64,000 nt of DNA, from NCBI RefSeq assembly GCF_963676685.1, contig NC_092350.1, positions 25,358,001 through 25,422,000 on the forward strand. Reading direction: 5' to 3'. The notes under the pieces are model-generated. The model saw nothing but the letters and a program-made list of their open reading frames with translations. It did not search any database and was not told where the DNA came from. This stretch comes from Mytilus edulis (taxonomy: Eukaryota). Made by a program: the position numbers and the translations under genes. Each line of letters begins with the position of its first letter. Position 1 is the stretch's first letter. This document shows positions 63,550-64,000 of this stretch, in pieces.

Positions 63550-63603
63550 TCAAGAAATTGTAACAGACGAAGTATTACAACAAGAAACAGACGATGAAAA
63601 CAG
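63550..63603 (+). CDS. Protein B exon 10 (cytoplasmic, QEIVTDEVLQQETDDEN); the gene may continue
   Basis: 54-nt phase 2-2 exon, ttttttag and gtaaca boundaries. Confidence 0.6.
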
Positions 63604-64000
63604 GTAACATATCAAAAGATTTTCCGAAGAAAAAAACACTGGTATAAATTGAGTCGTATGTCAAGCATCTTACTTGATGATTGAATTTTTCTTCATGGTC
63701 ATAAATAATGAATCAGAAAGGACAGGATCTGCTCTGAATTTATGTCACACTATTATAAGAAAATCCTTTTATTATTACAAAAATGTAAATAGTTTCACAA
63801 GCTTCTAGAATTTAGTATAAAAAAAATATAAAGAGAGACATTCTTACCAAAACCTAGATCATATATTAATTGTCTTATTTTTAGATTTAAAATCTATTCA
63901 TATTAAACATGTTAATACTTTCCTCATTAACCACTCATAAATATAAGAGAGCACAAATTTCTTCCTGTTATGAAAAAAAAAAACTTTTCCCGGAACGTTC

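Overview
AT-rich, intron-rich animal DNA, not prokaryotic. The repeat families suggest a bivalve such as Mytilus (inference). Reading splice sites by hand gives five loci. (1) The 5' six coding exons of cytosolic NADP-isocitrate dehydrogenase IDH1 lie on the minus strand (9068->2664) and run out of the window. (2) A divergently oriented two-exon BTB-BACK-Kelch gene (11511-15569) encodes about 572 aa. (3) A downstream duplicate of only its large Kelch exon (31042-32601) has a broken acceptor and one nonsense codon. (4) A complete 6-exon type-I membrane Ig-superfamily gene (39895-43317) encodes 318 aa. (5) A 6-Ig-domain type-I membrane gene starts at 48394 and runs to at least 63603. Mobile DNA is dense and nested: two Helentron-type non-autonomous (HINE-like) elements, two Penelope-like RT 3' fragments, a spliced and internally deleted Crypton-type tyrosine-recombinase element with a 185-nt terminal hairpin and a nested hAT element, MITEs, a SINE and minisatellites. 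The most notable non-coding system is a dispersed and tandem ~360-nt repeat carrying minimal type-I hammerhead ribozyme motifs (retrozyme-like), found alongside Penelope-like RT fragments that are its presumed mobilisers. No database searches were run; family names come from motif recognition.
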